Origin: Candidatus Arthromitus sp. SFB-rat-Yit
Lineage (GTDB): Bacteria; Bacillota; Clostridia; Clostridiales; Clostridiaceae
Length of the DNA: 32,000 nucleotides
Assembly (NCBI RefSeq): GCF_000283555.1
Contig: NC_016012.1
Coordinates: 390,001 to 422,000, forward strand
Reading direction: 5' to 3'
The notes beneath the pieces are model-generated. The model was given only the letters and a program-made list of their open reading frames with translations, made no database searches and was not told the origin of the DNA. The position numbers and the translations under genes are program-made. Position 1 is the first letter of the stretch, and every line of letters starts with the position of its first letter. Positions 31,315 to 32,000 of this stretch are shown one piece after another.

Positions 31315-31376
31315 ATGCCCTTATTAACGTATTACTTTGATTAAATTGTAGTAAGTTAATACTGTGGCATTTTTTT
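31315..31376 (+). terminator. Strong terminator-like hairpin with T6 immediately upstream of the opp permease RBS (terminator or attenuator)
   Basis: Stems are ATGCC (31315-19) with GGCAT (31366-70), TATTAAC (31322-28) with GTTAATA (31355-61), and TTACT (31332-36) with AGTAA (31350-54). The loop is 13 nt, followed by TTTTTT (31371-76). Confidence 0.5.
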
Positions 31377-31400
31377 ATTAATATTTAGGTGGTGTACTTG

Positions 31401-32000
31401 ATGAAGCAATATATAATAAGGAGATTACTCTTATTTATACCAATAATACTTGGGATATCATTCATTTTATTTTTTTTATATGTGTCATCGCCAGGTGACC
31501 CATTATCAGGGATAATAGCAACACAACCTGGTATAACACCGGAAAGAATACAGGAGTTGAGAACTCTTTATGGACTTGATGGAAGTATTATTCAGAGGTA
31601 TTTTAACTGGTTGAAAAATGCGATAAGATTTGATTTTGGAGTATCTCTCAATTATAGAGAACCTGTTAGTTCGATATTAGGTGTGTATATTTGGAATTCA
31701 TTTTATTTAAATGTATTGTCATTTTTATTTTCAGTATTTGTGTCAATTCCATTAGGGATATATATATCAACAAAACATGGTAAAGCATTAGATAAATTTG
31801 TGCTTACTTTTTCATTGTTATTTACATCATTACCAACTTTTGTTTTAGGTATTATCGCTATAAAATATGTGGCACCTTTACTTGGATTACCAATTATAGG
31901 TATGACGACCATAGGAAGTAATTATGTAGGGTTTGCTTATATAAAAGATGTCTTACTTCATACAGCCTTACCTTTTATAATTTTAAGTTTATTTAGTTTA
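31401..32000 (+). CDS. Oligopeptide/dipeptide ABC transporter permease (OppB/DppB family), 3'-partial
   Basis: This gene is absent from the ORF track because it has no stop in the window. ATG 31401 follows AGGTGGTG. Translation MKQYIIRRLLLFIPIILGISFILFFLYVSSPGDPL...GLDGSIIQRYFNWLKNAIRFDFGVSL matches the typical OppB N-terminus (RRLL..IP.l.gis...F.l....PGDP ... qY..wl......DfG.S). It stays open for 200 codons to the window end. Confidence 0.8.
   Translation, partial: MKQYIIRRLLLFIPIILGISFILFFLYVSSPGDPLSGIIATQPGITPERIQELRTLYGLDGSIIQRYFNWLKNAIRFDFGVSLNYREPVSSILGVYIWNSFYLNVLSFLFSVFVSIPLGIYISTKHGKALDKFVLTFSLLFTSLPTFVLGIIAIKYVAPLLGLPIIGMTTIGSNYVGFAYIKDVLLHTALPFIILSLFSL

Overview
This is a very AT-rich chromosomal segment of Firmicutes/Clostridia type, with almost every gene on the + strand, and it reads as conserved core genome. 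All calls come from reading the supplied translations and the DNA by eye; no database or HMM search was run.

Gene order:
- a 5'-partial ORF with a SPOR-like domain
- mreB-mreC-mreD, a class B PBP2-type transpeptidase, minC-minD-minE and rodA
- a SpoIVFB-like M50 metalloprotease
- rplU-prp-rpmA, obg, nadD, yqeK and an RluA-family pseudouridine synthase
- a convergent S11 D-Ala-D-Ala carboxypeptidase on the - strand
- comEA, then selD-selA-selB
- two uncharacterised ORFs and a convergent M28 peptidase on the - strand
- a small membrane ORF, cyclophilin ppiB and thrS
- CIRCE-controlled groES-groEL
- a soluble MCP-like protein, a type IV prepilin and an A24 prepilin peptidase
- a structured 316-bp spacer, then the 5' end of an OppB/DppB-type ABC permease that the ORF track missed because it runs off the window

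The ORF track also truncates selD. The real gene starts at 16469 and contains an in-frame TGA (16514-16516) aligned to the catalytic Cys of SelD, followed by a SECIS-like hairpin.

I found no mobile element, CRISPR array, tRNA/rRNA gene or recognisable defence or toxin module, and I cannot support a clearly novel multi-gene system. The regions most worth follow-up are:
- the 20.9-24.2 kb islet after selB (an orphan hydrophobic-N-terminus protein, a degenerate ABC-ATPase-like protein, an extended M28 peptidase and an 11-bp perfect inverted repeat)
- the 28.9-31.4 kb MCP-like/pilin/peptidase trio, which has no assembly genes nearby
- the duplicated promoter-like motifs and strong terminator hairpin directly upstream of the opp permease
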